Positions 50,401-63,129 of a DNA stretch of 64,000 nucleotides are shown here, in pieces. Origin of the DNA: Phoronis australis (taxonomy: Eukaryota > Animalia > Phoronida); contig NMRA01000403.1 in assembly GCA_002633005.1 (NCBI GenBank), positions 26,860 through 90,859 on the forward strand, given 5' to 3'. How positions within the stretch are numbered: position 1 is the stretch's first letter; each line of letters starts with the position of its first letter. The notes beneath the pieces are model-generated. The model made no database searches, was not told the DNA's origin, and worked only from the letters and a program-made list of their open reading frames with translations. The translations under genes and the position numbers were made by a program.

Positions 50401-53400
50401 AGTTCGCAATACTGTAATGAAACTTGACGTACGCCACTTTTCATTTTAGTGAGAGATAAATTTGTCAAAAGCAGAATTTTTACTCGTATTTAAATCGATT
50501 AAAAAGTTTGAAAATGCTAGTGATATATTAAGTGAAAGCTACCAAACTTATCATGCACACCTTCTAACATGCCCCGGTCCCTGGATGTCGTTGTACCTCA
50601 AAGTGCTATTGCAAGCAAGGTTTTGTTGTATGACAAAACACGTGCGCAAAAACAAAAAGATATAATCTCTGAAGGTCTGTGAACATAACCAAACAAGGGA
50701 ATGATACAGGGTCTAAAACAGAAATGTAAATCATTTTAATCTGCAATTCTTTTTTCTACGAAATCCAGGTATAGCAACAGCAATGTGTTCCATGGCGACG
50801 AGAATCTTGCGGAAGCGGAATGTCTCGCAACTACACAAAACTGATCTTGCTCTCGGTGGCATTTTTGAAACTGTGCTCTGGAACCGGGTTTGAAGCCATG
50901 TGGAGGGATATACATGTAGACGGACACTAGAAAGATTGGCGAGTTTATTCTTCACCTCGCTTTTTCCTATCAAACACATTTCGCCGGCGCGTCAATTCTC
51001 GATGGCTCATACAGTATATTGTCAAAACTAAATTGTAATGAATTAAATAAAAAAATATTTGGTCATAAAAGTAAAACGATGTCCTGAAAGCTGTAACCGA
51101 AGTATGAAACGTTTTTAATGTTTTCAAGGGAAGTTTACAGCTGAACGACACAATACCTATCAACTTTGGTGTCATTCATGTAAGTGGTCCTGCTTGAACT
51201 TAGTTGTACTCTCACTGGTCGTGACGTCGGAGTTACAACTGCTGAAGACAAAAAGTTACAAATTCAACCGAGGCATTGAAGTGCAGCAGCCAGATACCAA
51301 CGTCAATACACCATCTAGATAAACAACCCGTCTTTTGGAAACACGTGACCCAGTATTGAAGAGATCGTAGAGATCGATCTTCATGGGAACTACATGAATG
51401 GAGTATTTTCACAAAACTGAACTGCATGGAGGCTACGACGAAGTCAGATACAGGTACATGTAGTTCGTCAGTCTTGATTCGTAGACAGAGATTTGTCTCA
51501 GTGGTCATGGTCTCTCAAAAAAATTGACGGATAGTTTAGTGTTTCTGTTTCCTGTCCGTCAACTTTCAGCGTAATTTCTTTCGATTTGGCACAACTTGTA
51601 CTGCTTTTCACTATCAGGCTCTACCTGCCCGGTTATGCCGTGATTGACGCGAACACTACCGGTCGTAGCATGAGAATATCCATAGGTGAAAGTGACATGT
51701 AAAGTGTTGCTATAAATCTGTCTAAATAGTAAACACGTACAACTGCACGTGCGAGTTTTCTGTTTCACCTGCTGAAACGAGCCCTAAAAGCAAAATTGAC
51801 ATCAGCAGCAATTTTGTGCGCCGAAACCCAAATTTTGACGTTTTCCAGTTTATTTTGGAAACTCCTGATGCTAGTCTTTGCACCTTTGCACAGAATGTTG
51901 TATTGTAATACGTTGGTATGCTTGAGAACATAAAAATAGACCTATCCATGCAGATGTTGATGTTATAGCAACGTTACATACTGTGCGTATCTTTAAAACC
52001 CATCCACTGACCATTTTCGCTCTAACGTCCATAAGGTCCACCTACACAAACATAAAAATATGACTTGTTTTGCGTGACTAACTTTCCCCAAAAAATTGTG
52101 CTCATAACTCGATGATTACGCTATTTGGTATGAAACTGAAGTCACAAAAAGCCAAACATTTTACAAAACCCTTGAAAACGTCAAACGAAATATTGCTTTA
52201 TGCACTACTTATTTTGAAAAGATGACTACTGTGTTCAGAGTAGTCTCAGCAACCGAAACAAAATAGCTTTTTTATAATGAACAGGTAAGACAACTATTCC
52301 AAGTTTAAGGAGACCACGCCCTGCTTCACTAGAGAATGCTTGCTTCCCAACTAGTTTCTGTAAAGGTAAAACAGAGTTATTTTTTATCCTGTCAGCACGT
52401 TTACTTAGCCACAAAAAATATTCCAAGTTAAATCATTGGATGTGGTCTGTTTAAACTTAGAAATGGGTAGAAACAATCACAAAGTGTGGTCAGAGAGAGT
52501 ATCAAGAATAAAAACAAATCCTTATACAATGTACTGTAACACTTTTCAGACTGTTAAGCTTCTTGTTGTGGATTTGTTCGACCATTGTTTCCGATGTCAC
52601 ATGTGGCAGTATTTTTTGACAGAAGTCGTCATATGCCGTGGCGCGTGCAGTAAAAATGGCCAGTTACTGATTTGGGAAACTGAAAGTAGTACTTACTGCT
52701 AAAAACGGATTGATTATGGGAATATGGGTTCGAGTTGGAAGGAATTAAAAACATCACGACGGCCTCCTAAAGTCTCCCTCTATGTGCAAAAGTTACTTGT
52801 AACAACATGGCTTTGATGGTTCAATCAGTGTGAAGCATAATTACCCGAAAAGCTTGCGACGCATGAGAGCCCTAGAGGAGCTGGACCGTCCCAACTGCCA
52901 AGTAGATACGGTGGCACTACCTGTTCTCGTGCCTGTAGTACACCGGACTGTAGATTCCCTAATTTGGCCTTGAAAGACTGCGAAATATGGTTTGATAGCA
53001 TTTTCACGCATTTCTTGGTGGAATTAAACAAAAATCAACAAAAAGGTATTAAAATGTGTTCATTTTTACCTCTAGTAATAATTGCGCAAAGTACTTAATT
53101 CGGACCAATAGTCGATCAATAAATGTTGGCTGTGTTATAGATTTACGACCAGATAGTTGACTTGGCTTGTGGGATAACGGCCGGTGAGTTTTTAGGTAAG
53201 ATTTTGCCTGAGAGTTTTTCAGGTATGTGCAAATATTTTTACTGTTTTCAATTGTTTCTATAATGATCCATTTGTACAATGTGTTTTTCCAAATTCGTAA
53301 AACTGAAAATTTGTGAGCAGTGAATGTTATCTGTAGTATTTGCCGTGAAATGAAATTTAAAAAATGAGAAATTAATCTAATTTTGTAAAAGAATCCAATG

Positions 53401-56400
53401 TAATACTTTGTGTTGCAGAAAGCGTACACTGTAGTTGCCGATTATCCCATTCTTGGCGGTCTACGTCACTATTTTCCTTTTTTTTTTTGGCGCCATCCCT
53501 CCACACTATCAAAATGTCCCGCTTTTGACAAACGCTGAAATTGAAATCATACTATTGTAAATTCCCACGAGGCATAACCTTATTTTCCCATTCGACGTAA
53601 AACACAAAATGGTGGTTTTATGGGATTTTGAGGCATCGGTGACCAGCAATTTCTCATTTGACCAAAAAAACACCCGTCGATACTTTTGTGTGTTACATGT
53701 ACGTCTTCCGTTCTACAAAAATGCTGTCTTGAAGTTTTTATGTGGTGCAGCGAACATTTCCCCTCAGATGTCCTGCTTTTTATCCGGAAACCCCGCTTTT
53801 CAATTCAGTTGTCCTGTTTTTTCTCTTTCTCTCAGTCAAATGTTGGCAACCATGCAACAGGTGGTCAAAACAACATTGTCTCTTAGTCGTGAACATTGTT
53901 ATTTTCCAAACCCCACTTTCTTTAATAACCTAAGAATGGTAAAAATGTGTTCCAATGTCTCTTGTTTAAAGTAGGGTAGCGTACACCTCATGTATCAGGG
54001 CGATAAGTAATTTTTAATTTCATGATGGAAAGTCTTACAACGCAACCTGTGTAGTGATCTATCCACAGTACACTTCAAAGCTACGCCGAATAGATGTTTG
54101 CACGTTCATTATTTTTTCAGAAACTAAGTCTTTGTCTGCAAATTTCGAATAGGTAGTTGGAGTAATTTATCACATTTTTGTAAATGTCACTGGCCTCGTC
54201 TGAATTTTTACTAAAGAAACGTGAAAAGGCACCAAAGGTCCAAGTAACAGATTAAGATGTTTAATTTTGAATGAATGTCTAACAGCAATGACTGCGAGGG
54301 ATCCATATTCTAAAATATTTGTCTGGATAGGGTAGAAATGATTTGAATCGAAATTATTTACCTGCTAGTACGGTTATTTACAAAGCATCCTCGTTCAGTT
54401 TCCTGCTATTACATCTTGTCGCATTTTGGTAACACTTTAATTGGTTTTTAGAATTGAAAAATGATGTTTAAACCCGTCAGGTATGCGAAATGTAGTTTTA
54501 TATTACCGTATTTATTGTTTGCCTCTTGTATAACCATAAGAACTGACGAAGGGGTTTCTAATGATATTAATGTGACTCTTATCTAATTCGAATGAAAAAC
54601 GGCGGAGTTGCGAAAAGTTTTTGTGGCATTAAATTTCACACAAATATGTAACCACTGACACACGAACAAACGAATGCAAACAAAGGCCACCGCCTCCTAG
54701 TGTCTCAATAACTTTTTACACTCGCCACGTTTAAGAAGCTAACGAGGTATGACATATGTGACGTACTATTTAATTTAAAAATGAGATCATAAACTCGTCT
54801 TTCCCGGCGTCGTGGCCGCGGCTTTTTTCTTGACAAAAATCTCTGTCAATAAAGTACATGTATGTCAAGCCTCAACTGGTTCAAATAACGTTTATATTTG
54901 ACACGATCATATTCGGCGAGAAATAATCTGTGCGCTGCCAAAGTGGCCAATGTCTAGTCGGATGAAGTAGGTCTCATCTGCAATAAATTAAATCTTGAGT
55001 TCATTGCATGTTTCAGATAACTCAGCTCGGTTACGTTTTATCACCAGTTCGAATAGTTTAATCCTGTCGGACCAGCTCCGACACCTCGTAGCAAGGGAAC
55101 TTAAATAGTCACGAGAGGCCCGAGGTCGCGTTTGTGGCGAACTTGTACACTGTCTGCGTAGAGTTAAGTAACGCTAAGACCCGGTCTAACCTGGTTCCAG
55201 GACTTCGCAAACATCACGTGCTCTTCTTCAAAGTCCACAGCAATATCTCGTATAATCCCGCGAAGTCTTGCTTTCTAGCAAGGTCCTAGCGTTCTTGAGC
55301 TCTATCCGGGGATTCGGAGTTGAACCGGAGGTTGTGAAACTCTGGGAAGGAATAGGAATTTGCCTCCAAGGACGCTGGTGTCTGTGAGCATTCGTGACTA
55401 TCATTTTAGTGACTTCGGTCTCAAGGTAAGTAGACTATCGATGCCTTGTTGAATGTACGTAAGTTTTTATTGCGAAAGACATTGCGGAGCTCGCAAGAAG
55501 ACCTCAGAAGTAAAAGTGTATGTGCCATGCCATAGTTACTCGTCTATGACTGTGGCTTATGGCTCTCTGATGCAGGGTGTAAGAGGAGCTATGGATTATG
55601 GATAATGCAATGCATGGATTTTGCCCTGAAATTTATCAGCACTGAGTGTGGTATAAAATCTGAGAAACAAGAGTCTAACACCTTCTACGTCGATCATAGA
55701 CAGTGACCATCGTCTCTAGCTCAGTAGCTGGCTGACTGGTAGCCTTGGTACAAAGCTGTATATAAATATACAGCTTTGCACCGGTGTGGGTAAAAAAGTG
55801 GTAAGATAAAATCTGACACAAAAGTAGTGTCATTAAAAACTACAGTCTTCCTTGAGTAAACAAAATTATTTAACAGTGTTGGAAAAAATGGCGTTCTACC
55901 GTTATTCTGCTGCTAAAGTTGTGGAGCGATCTTTAGCGACGGCTTTCGGCGCCATGAAATATTGCGTCACCTATTGGCCAGTTTCTTTTTTCGCCGATTC
56001 TTCAGTCAACTGCTGTTCTTTCACGAGCTTGTGTACACGTCACAACAAATTGTTGGAACTGGTTTCACTTCATTATAATTTTTTAGAATTCCGATACCAA
56101 AAAAACGAATTTCCGAACAAATTTTGCTTCTCTGAAGTTGTCACGAAAATTTTAGGAAATGGTGCGTGCATGTGACACGAGCGTATTGTTTTCGAAACGA
56201 CAACATACTTTTCATTGTTAGAAAAGGCGGAGAGTTACGCAAGAAAATGATGTTTATTGCATTATTTTTCACTTAAACGGCTGTAACGGGCAAGGTGAGT
56301 ATCGGTTGATTCCCAGATTTTGCATGTGCACCCCGTCCGGTCTTTAAGTTTACATTTTGATAGAAATGACGAGCAGAACTACCCTGGCTGCGTGCAATTT

Positions 56401-56710
56401 CGGGGTCTACGGAAGAAATACACACAGTGGTACCTAGCTGTATTTTGACGACAGTCTTCATACAGCTAGCTCACTAGCTGGCTGGCTAGCTGACTGGCCG
56501 AGTAGTCAGAGACGGTGAAGCATAGGCGCTTCATGTACGCCGGAAGCTTTTCGGCGAGTTTTGCCTCACATCAATTAAACAGTCAAAGTCATGTTGTTAT
56601 AAGTTCCTTTTGTGAGATTGTAACCTCTTACTTTTTACAAAATTCTGTAAAAGAAAGTTGTTTCTCTTTAAGGGTTGTGTGTTCACAGAATTAAGTGATC
56701 CCCATCCATT

Positions 56711-56761
56711 ATGCCATCATATGCAGAAGAAAATGTTGTGCTCAGAGAGAAAATTGCTGAG
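56711..56761 (+). CDS. Coiled-coil protein gene, first coding exon (MPSYAEENVVLREKIAE)
   Basis: Acceptor TTCACAG| at 56688, in-frame stop upstream of the ATG, donor GAG|GTCAGT in phase 0; candidate 5' UTR exon donor AAG|GTAAGT at 55425/55426. Confidence 0.65.
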
Positions 56762-57199
56762 GTCAGTAAAACTTTGTAAGCTGTCTTGTATGTTTGGTAA
56801 TTAGGATCAACTCAGCTGGAACTGGGAAGCTATGACACTTCCTAATTTAAATCTGTCTAATATCCGTTGGAAGACAATTGTGCTTAGAGTAAATTACAGC
56901 ATATCCACAAAAGTCTAAATTCACACTTGTCTAGACTATTTTCACCCAATGGGCACATTTTGCGAAACCAACTTTCATTATACAGTAAATGAGGCATTCC
57001 GACTTGTCAAATTTTGAATGACATTCGTTACATTTGACTTTTTGGTTGAATGCAGTTAAAGTTAATGGTGACAGTAGTAATCCATAGAATTCTAGTGTCA
57101 CCATTAAGAAGTGCAACCTTTGCAGCATACAGGGGTCTAAAAATAGACAAGACAATATCTTTTTACCAAATTTTCCAAGTTATATTTATAAAATTTTGC

Positions 57200-57850
57200 A
57201 TAATAAATCACAAGGCCGGGGTAAATATGTATGACACCTTAGTACAGTCACTTCAGACAGCTTGTAAGTATAAAAACAAGTTGTCATCTGAGATAGCTAT
57301 AAACGGTGTTATAAATAATGTAAATTTTAGTGACTCTGATACATGGTGGAGAAAAGTAAATAAACTCCCCTTCAATTGTACAAAAGATACAAAATTGCGT
57401 TGGTTTCAATACCGAATTATTATTTGCATAATTTTAAAATAAAAACAAGTGATCTAGGCTCTTTCTGTGGTGAACACAGTGAAACTTTTCACCATCTCTT
57501 TTGGGAATGTCGTCTTGTCTCCGGTTTCTGGCTCCTGTTTGCTGAGTGGTTAAAACAAAGATATCATGTAAATTTTCACGTGGACAAAATAACAGTGTTT
57601 TGTGGTTTTTTGGAAAACATTCAGTGGGAAAATTGCAACATTAATCTGTTGATCATGCTTGCAAAAAATTTCATGTTTAGCCAAAAGTTTGTTACATAAA
57701 TCTCAATTTCCAAATGTTCATAAACTTTATTAAATTATATCCTGAAGAAAATATGGTACTTGTTGACTAGTGATTTAATGTTATTCTTTGTAAACGATGT
57801 ATACTGTTTTGTTTTATGTCACATGTAATTATCATGCTAGAGCTAAAGAA
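57200..57850 (+). mobile_element. L1/Tx1-like LINE 3' fragment (zf-RVT)
   Basis: TKDTKLRWFQYRII...FCGEHSETFHHLFWECRLVSGFW...NLLIMLAKNFMF. Confidence 0.8.
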
Positions 57851-58458
57851 AAATATTTAAAAAAATGGGGACAGTAGTAAGGGTGGAATATGTAGAATGG
57901 TGGAGAGTTAATGACCAATTTATTTGCCATTTTGTATTCTTGATGAAATGAAAAGATCTTACTGATCGAGTTAGAATGGCCCTATTGCATGCTAGATGGT
58001 GCCATACTCTGCCTACTAGTAAGCTACATGGCAATGTCTTCCTGATATAATATGTGACCTATTTTGCATTATGCAAATAGTCCAAGCGACATTTTACTTT
58101 GAAAAGTCAACATGTTGTAGAAAAAAGAACACGATAGCACACATTATATTATCACGTGTTAGGGTCAAGGTGGTGGAGTTGATGCCAAGGTAATTTTTGT
58201 TGGTGAAAACAATTGGGACAGAAAAAACTTAAGGTATTTTACAAAAACATGTCAAGATAGCTTTATCGTGACCCAAGACGAGGAAAATACTCGAGACTCG
58301 CATTCCGTCTAATTTGACAGTTTTAACATATAGCATGCTATCAGATTGTTAGATTTACAACATTAATTAGTCCGCATTAAAGTTGGTGGTTTCTAATGGC
58401 AGTCACATTTGAGTAGCGTTCAGAATTGCCTTAATAACGGGTAGTGTAATGTTTCCAG

Positions 58459-58571
58459 TTGGAGAAAGAGAAGAAAGCTATTAAAGACGAAATAGAGAAG
58501 TTGAGACATGAACAGAACAAGTTGTCCTACAAAACTCAGAAGAGTGTTATTGAAGTGCGGGGACTTGAAGA
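58459..58571 (+). CDS. Coiled-coil protein gene, coding exon 2
   Basis: TTTCCAG| LEKEKKAIKDEIEKLRHEQNKLSYKTQKSVIEVRGLE |GTGAGT; phase 0 in, phase 2 out. Confidence 0.8.
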
Positions 58572-59799
58572 GTGAGTAAGATGGAGATCATTCTGTAGAC
58601 AATGTTTCTTGTGAGAAAAGCAAGGTCATGCAAGACCTTGCAAAATATTATCATGTAAGTGTTTTGCAATAATGAAGCTCAGGAATTTACCACGCTATCT
58701 TAGCAAATTTTTGCCACTGAAGTGATCGGTGGATGAAGTTGAAGTTAGTGTTGAATCATGAGATTGGACTCATCACTGTTGTCATATCACAAGTGAACAT
58801 TTTTATGCAAATACAAGCTTATGTTTTGAGGTCTACTGAATGCAGCCCGTGTTTGGCTGAATGGACTTGATCACTTAATATATAGACAGGCGTACACCAG
58901 AGTGTGTACATGGGGCCAAAGTCTTGCTTGCAGCCATGTTTTACATTGCTGTAATGGCCATTGTACTGGATCCCTTCATGTTGTATAACTTAAGAGGAGT
59001 TTACCCGCATGTCAATTGTCAAATAACTACAAATTTTAGAGATTTTCATCAGACAGTCTTGTGTAGTAATGGTCTACTAGGTTTTTAATTGATTAAATGT
59101 CAAAGTATGTGGTAATGCATCACAGATTCTGGATTTAGATTGCCCAGGTTAGTATCTAGCCCATTGCGCACTCTGGTGACGAATTTTAGAGCAAGATTCA
59201 CACACTTCATTATCCATGGTTCATGCTCAACTTAGCTGCACATGTTTGGTTTCTGTTGAAATGAATACTGTTTTCTGCTTTATGATAGGCTATCGGCAGA
59301 ATACACGAACTCAATTACAGACTGACTTGGTGAATGTAGGCACCTATTGCTATGTGCAGGAATCTTGTCCCTTATCTGTATGAAGTGCGATGCCTTAAGA
59401 TTTTCATCCACCAATGTTCGTAACAATATAAGTTGCTTAATTCTCTACAATAGTTTGCACTTGCTACAAAAACATAGTAATTTGTACTATTTGCATAATA
59501 TTTATCTATGGTTGAATGCCTGAATGTGAAGTCAAGTAACAGAACATGGGTGTTCAAGCTGTGTACTAATCCAAACTGATTTGACAAAGCACAAAGTTGT
59601 CATAATTAGGCAAAGCACAGTCATGTCGTAATGGCACCTCCATCAAGTGCGTAAGAGTTGAAATGATGATGTTGCTCATTCTGTGTACTGTAGTGACTAT
59701 AATGAAGTCGTGATGTTGACTCCATCATTGTAGTAACCAGTCAAGTCACAACATAGGCTTTGTGTATGTGATCCAACTTATGACGTTGACTACAATTCT

Positions 59800-60145
59800 T
59801 GACATTGACTCCATCTGTATTGTTACTAGTTAATTCATGACATTGACTGCATCTGTATATTGTTGTAACTAGACATCAACTCTATCTGTATATTATTGCC
59901 ACCAGTCAATTCATGACATTAACTCCATCTGTATATTGTTGTAACTAGTCAATTAATGACATTGACTACATCTGTATATTGTTGTAATTAGTCAATTAAT
60001 GACATTGACTTCACCTGTATATTGCTGTAACTAGTCAATTAATGACATTGACTACATCTGTATATTGTTGTAATTAGTCAATTAATGACATTGACTTCAC
60101 CTGTATATTGCTGTAACAAGTCAAGTCATGACACTGACTCCATCA
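59800..60145. repeat. 43-bp minisatellite
   Basis: Unit TAGTCAATTAATGACATTGACT(A/T)CA(T/C)CTGTATATTG(T/C)TGTAA(T/C); central copies alternate as an 86-bp dimer. Confidence 0.9.
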
Positions 60146-60203
60146 CTCTGTATACTACAGGCACAGGTTAACTCAAGCTGTTGACTCCACACTGTTTTTG
60201 CAG

Positions 60204-60330
60204 TCACAGGGCAAGTCAGGAGGTTGATCCCCAATTACAAAAGGAGTTAGAAGACCTCGAGGCTAGACATCGACAAGAAATAGAACAGCTACAAAAACAG
60301 TTTGATGATGACTGTGACGAGTTGAGAAAG
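60204..60330 (+). CDS. Coiled-coil protein gene, coding exon 3
   Basis: TTTTTGCAG| (D)HRASQEVDPQLQKELEDLEARHRQEIEQLQKQFDDDCDELRK |GTAAGT; phase 2 in, phase 0 out. Confidence 0.85.
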
Positions 60331-60559
60331 GTAAGTTAATGAGTGGCATGCTGCTGGAGGCTTCTAAGAACTGCCCATTTTGACCTTGGCCTTCCCTTCA
60401 GTCCCTGGCAAAGAGGTTTTAGGGAAAATTTAACGTCAGCAAAACATGTACCATAATGTTGAATTGGTCAAAGAAAATACAACTTACCTCAAACACAAAG
60501 CTTTGGCTAAGAAAGTTAGGTACTTGTTTTATGAAGTGACAGGGCTTTGTCTTTCCAGT

Positions 60560-61247
60560 GAATGGGGTTACTGTTTGGGGTTACTGGCTTCCCGAAATTG
60601 GGCCACATCAGTTAGACTTATATTGTCGAATTATGGATTCCACGAAGTTTGGTTAAATCAAGGCGTTGTGTGTGAAAATACTTTTCTGCTAGTTTTTAGG
60701 CAGTGAATAAGGAATTGTTATTTGCAGGGATGGAGACAAAATGTTGAGAGTAATCCTAAACTGTGTAATTTTAACTATTTATAATCAATTTAAAAAGGAA
60801 TTCAAATTGGAAATTTTTTAAGTTTGAGTATAACCATGCACAAATTATGTCATGGCACGTTTTCATTGTTCCAGCCACATTCTTGTGATTGAAGTAGGCA
60901 GGCTCTTGAATTTGGATAGGGCAAACAGAGTGTGTCCCTTCTGCCCCAATGTTGTAGAAGACGAGTATCATTTCCTACTAAACTGTGATAAATATTTTGA
61001 ACTGAGAGAAAATTATATTGAAGTGTACTTCTGGAATTTTCTGTCTTTGTTAAAGTTCAATAGATTGATGTCAACAACTGATGATGCTAAATTAATTTAG
61101 TCAATCTATGTAAATATTTATTTTATGCTTTTCGTCTCTGTGATAGGTTGCTGCACTCTTAAGTATGTTGCATGTTGTTCTTTTGTACAATGAGCCTATG
61201 GCCTTTATTACAGAAATATTTATTACAGAAATAAATTGATTGATTGA
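60560..61247 (+). mobile_element. LINE 3' end (RTE-X-like, C-terminal CCHC region)
   Basis: NWATSVRLILSNYGFHEVWLNQGV; ARFHCSSHILVIEVGR..RVCPFCPNVVEDEYHFLLNC; AATAAA followed by a (TTGA)n tail. Confidence 0.75.
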
Positions 61248-61479
61248 CAAAAATGTTCTGTAACTTCATTTTCACTAGCCATATTTTTGTCTGTTTAGTT
61301 TGCCATACCTTTCCCATATCAGAAAATTTCTGGTTCATGTAAGGATATGTAGGGGCTTATCTACAAGTCTGTCTATTTTGTCAAATATCTTGGAAATTAT
61401 AGAAATTAAGGTCCTATGTAGGGATGATATTTGTAACTATCTTCGATAATCTCTCCTAGTCTTTTCACGAGTAGTTTTA

Positions 61480-61666
61480 AATTACATAATCACTTAATTT
61501 TTGTAATTCTGATTATCTGTAACACTGTATTTTTTATTCTCTGGTGGCTCCGTGGTCAGCGGACCTTTCGGGTCCTTCACGGAGTCTCCATAAGCGTAAA
61601 TCTGCATCAAGTGTTTTTTTTTGTCTTAACGTGAATAAAGTGTATTACTACTGCTACTACTACTAC
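61480..61666 (+). mobile_element. LINE/SINE 3' tail with stem-loop and (TAC)n terminus
   Basis: CTCCGTG..GGACCTTTCGGGTCC..CACGGAG hairpin, AATAAA, then TACTACTGCTACTACTACTAC. Confidence 0.6.
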
Positions 61667-61710
61667 GTTTCTGAGCCAGTAAAGAACATGATTGTGTTGC
61701 TATTGTCCAG

Positions 61711-61905
61711 CAAAACAGAGAGTCAGAGGATGCAATGACGGAGCTGTGTCAAAGGGAGAAGTTCTTGGAAACGGAAGTTAAGAAACTTGACGAAAGCAAA
61801 GGGAAGGCAAAGAAGAGAATAGACGAGCTCCACACCCAACTGAAAGGTCTAGAACTGAAGTTGAATGCCAAGAAACGGGGCAGTATCCTTGGTGGAGTGT
61901 GTAAG
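61711..61905 (+). CDS. Coiled-coil protein gene, coding exon 4
   Basis: TGTCCAG| QNRESEDAMTELCQREKFLETEVKKLDESKGKAKKRIDELHTQLKGLELKLNAKKRGSILGGVCK |GTAGAG; phase 0/0. Confidence 0.8.
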
Positions 61906-62775
61906 GTAGAGTTGATGTGTACGGGCATTCAACTCATATCATGGTACTGGTGTAATGGCTATGTGCAGTTGAACACGTTGCAACTACCCATTGAAAATCT
62001 CAATAACACAGCTGTTTCTCAGTCTGTAGTGACTCAAATGGGAGCCCAGCCACAATTTTTGAAGGAAAAATTCCGGGTCACTGCTAAAAGCGGTACTTAT
62101 CTCAGTGGTATTATTTGTTTTTGTTTTATCATCCTATCCAGTAGGGAGGGGAGGGCTAAATCCACCTACACTGGTTTGAGCTGAATCTCGCATGGATACA
62201 TGCATTTGAGAGAGGTAGAGGTCTTTTAAACTTTTTTAATCATAAGAATTTCTTGTAGTCCTTATGTTCATCTCTTGACAAACTACCTGGTTGAATTTTT
62301 GGAGATACTGTCTGATTGTACAGTGGCGTCAGAACCAATTTGGATTGAAATACGTAAAATGACTCGATATCCTTTTAGGTTATCTACCCATACTTAATGT
62401 CGGATTCTCCCAAACAGGCCTCAGACAGTTTTGTGCAACATTTCATACCGTATATCCAGAAATAGTTGCATGCACCCAAAACCAAGAGAACATTGTTTAA
62501 AATATTGCTGGAGTGAAACTTCACTTTAACTGTTACAAAATGATAGATGCAGTCATGCTTCCAATTTAGCACTCAGAATAGTTTAAGACATTAACATCAG
62601 AGGGGATAAATGTCTGCGCTTGTAAAGGAAGAGACATGACGTGAATGCACATGCAAAACACAAGCAAAATCTTTCCTGTGAAAAAGCCATTTTTTCGGAT
62701 ACGGGCACAAACTGGGCTTAAGTATGCTCATGTCCATTTGATTAACATGTCATACATAGTGTTTCATTGTTTCAG

Positions 62776-62958
62776 GCCAGTTGTGATCATGAGAAGACTC
62801 TAGAGCTACTGAATAGTCGAGTAAAGGAGATGGAGATTGTGAACACAGAGCTGATGGTGGAGAATGAAACTGCCAAACAACAAGTGGACATTCTGCTCAG
62901 TGATTGGACAGTTCGAGAGGCAGAGTTGTCACAAGCTGAGGAGGACTTTAAGCAAAGG
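62776..62958 (+). CDS. Coiled-coil protein gene, coding exon 5 (gene continues beyond the window)
   Basis: TGTTTCAG| ASCDHEKTLELLNSRVKEMEIVNTELMVENETAKQQVDILLSDWTVREAELSQAEEDFKQR |GTGAGT; phase 0/0. Confidence 0.85.
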
Positions 62959-63129
62959 GTGAGTTTCAATAACGTTTTTTCTGTCTTTTTTGCGTTCTTT
63001 TTGGCAGAATCCAAAATTTCGTGACGTTTCACCAAATGTTATTGGCTCACATGATGCACAAAAAATTGTCTTTGGGACAGATTTTTTAAGGGTGCTGATG
63101 GGTATCATAGCTGCTGTGGAAATGTGATA

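Noticed and set aside
50820-50930. Short signal-peptide-like ORF MSRNYTKLILLSVAFLKLCSG
   Set aside because: Only 36 codons, no convincing donor or downstream exon
59289-59329. Extra exon of the coiled-coil gene
   Set aside because: In the required phase it contains a TGA stop; the flanking exons join without it
59800-60145. CRISPR-like array
   Set aside because: Units are contiguous with no unique spacers; eukaryotic context and no cas genes
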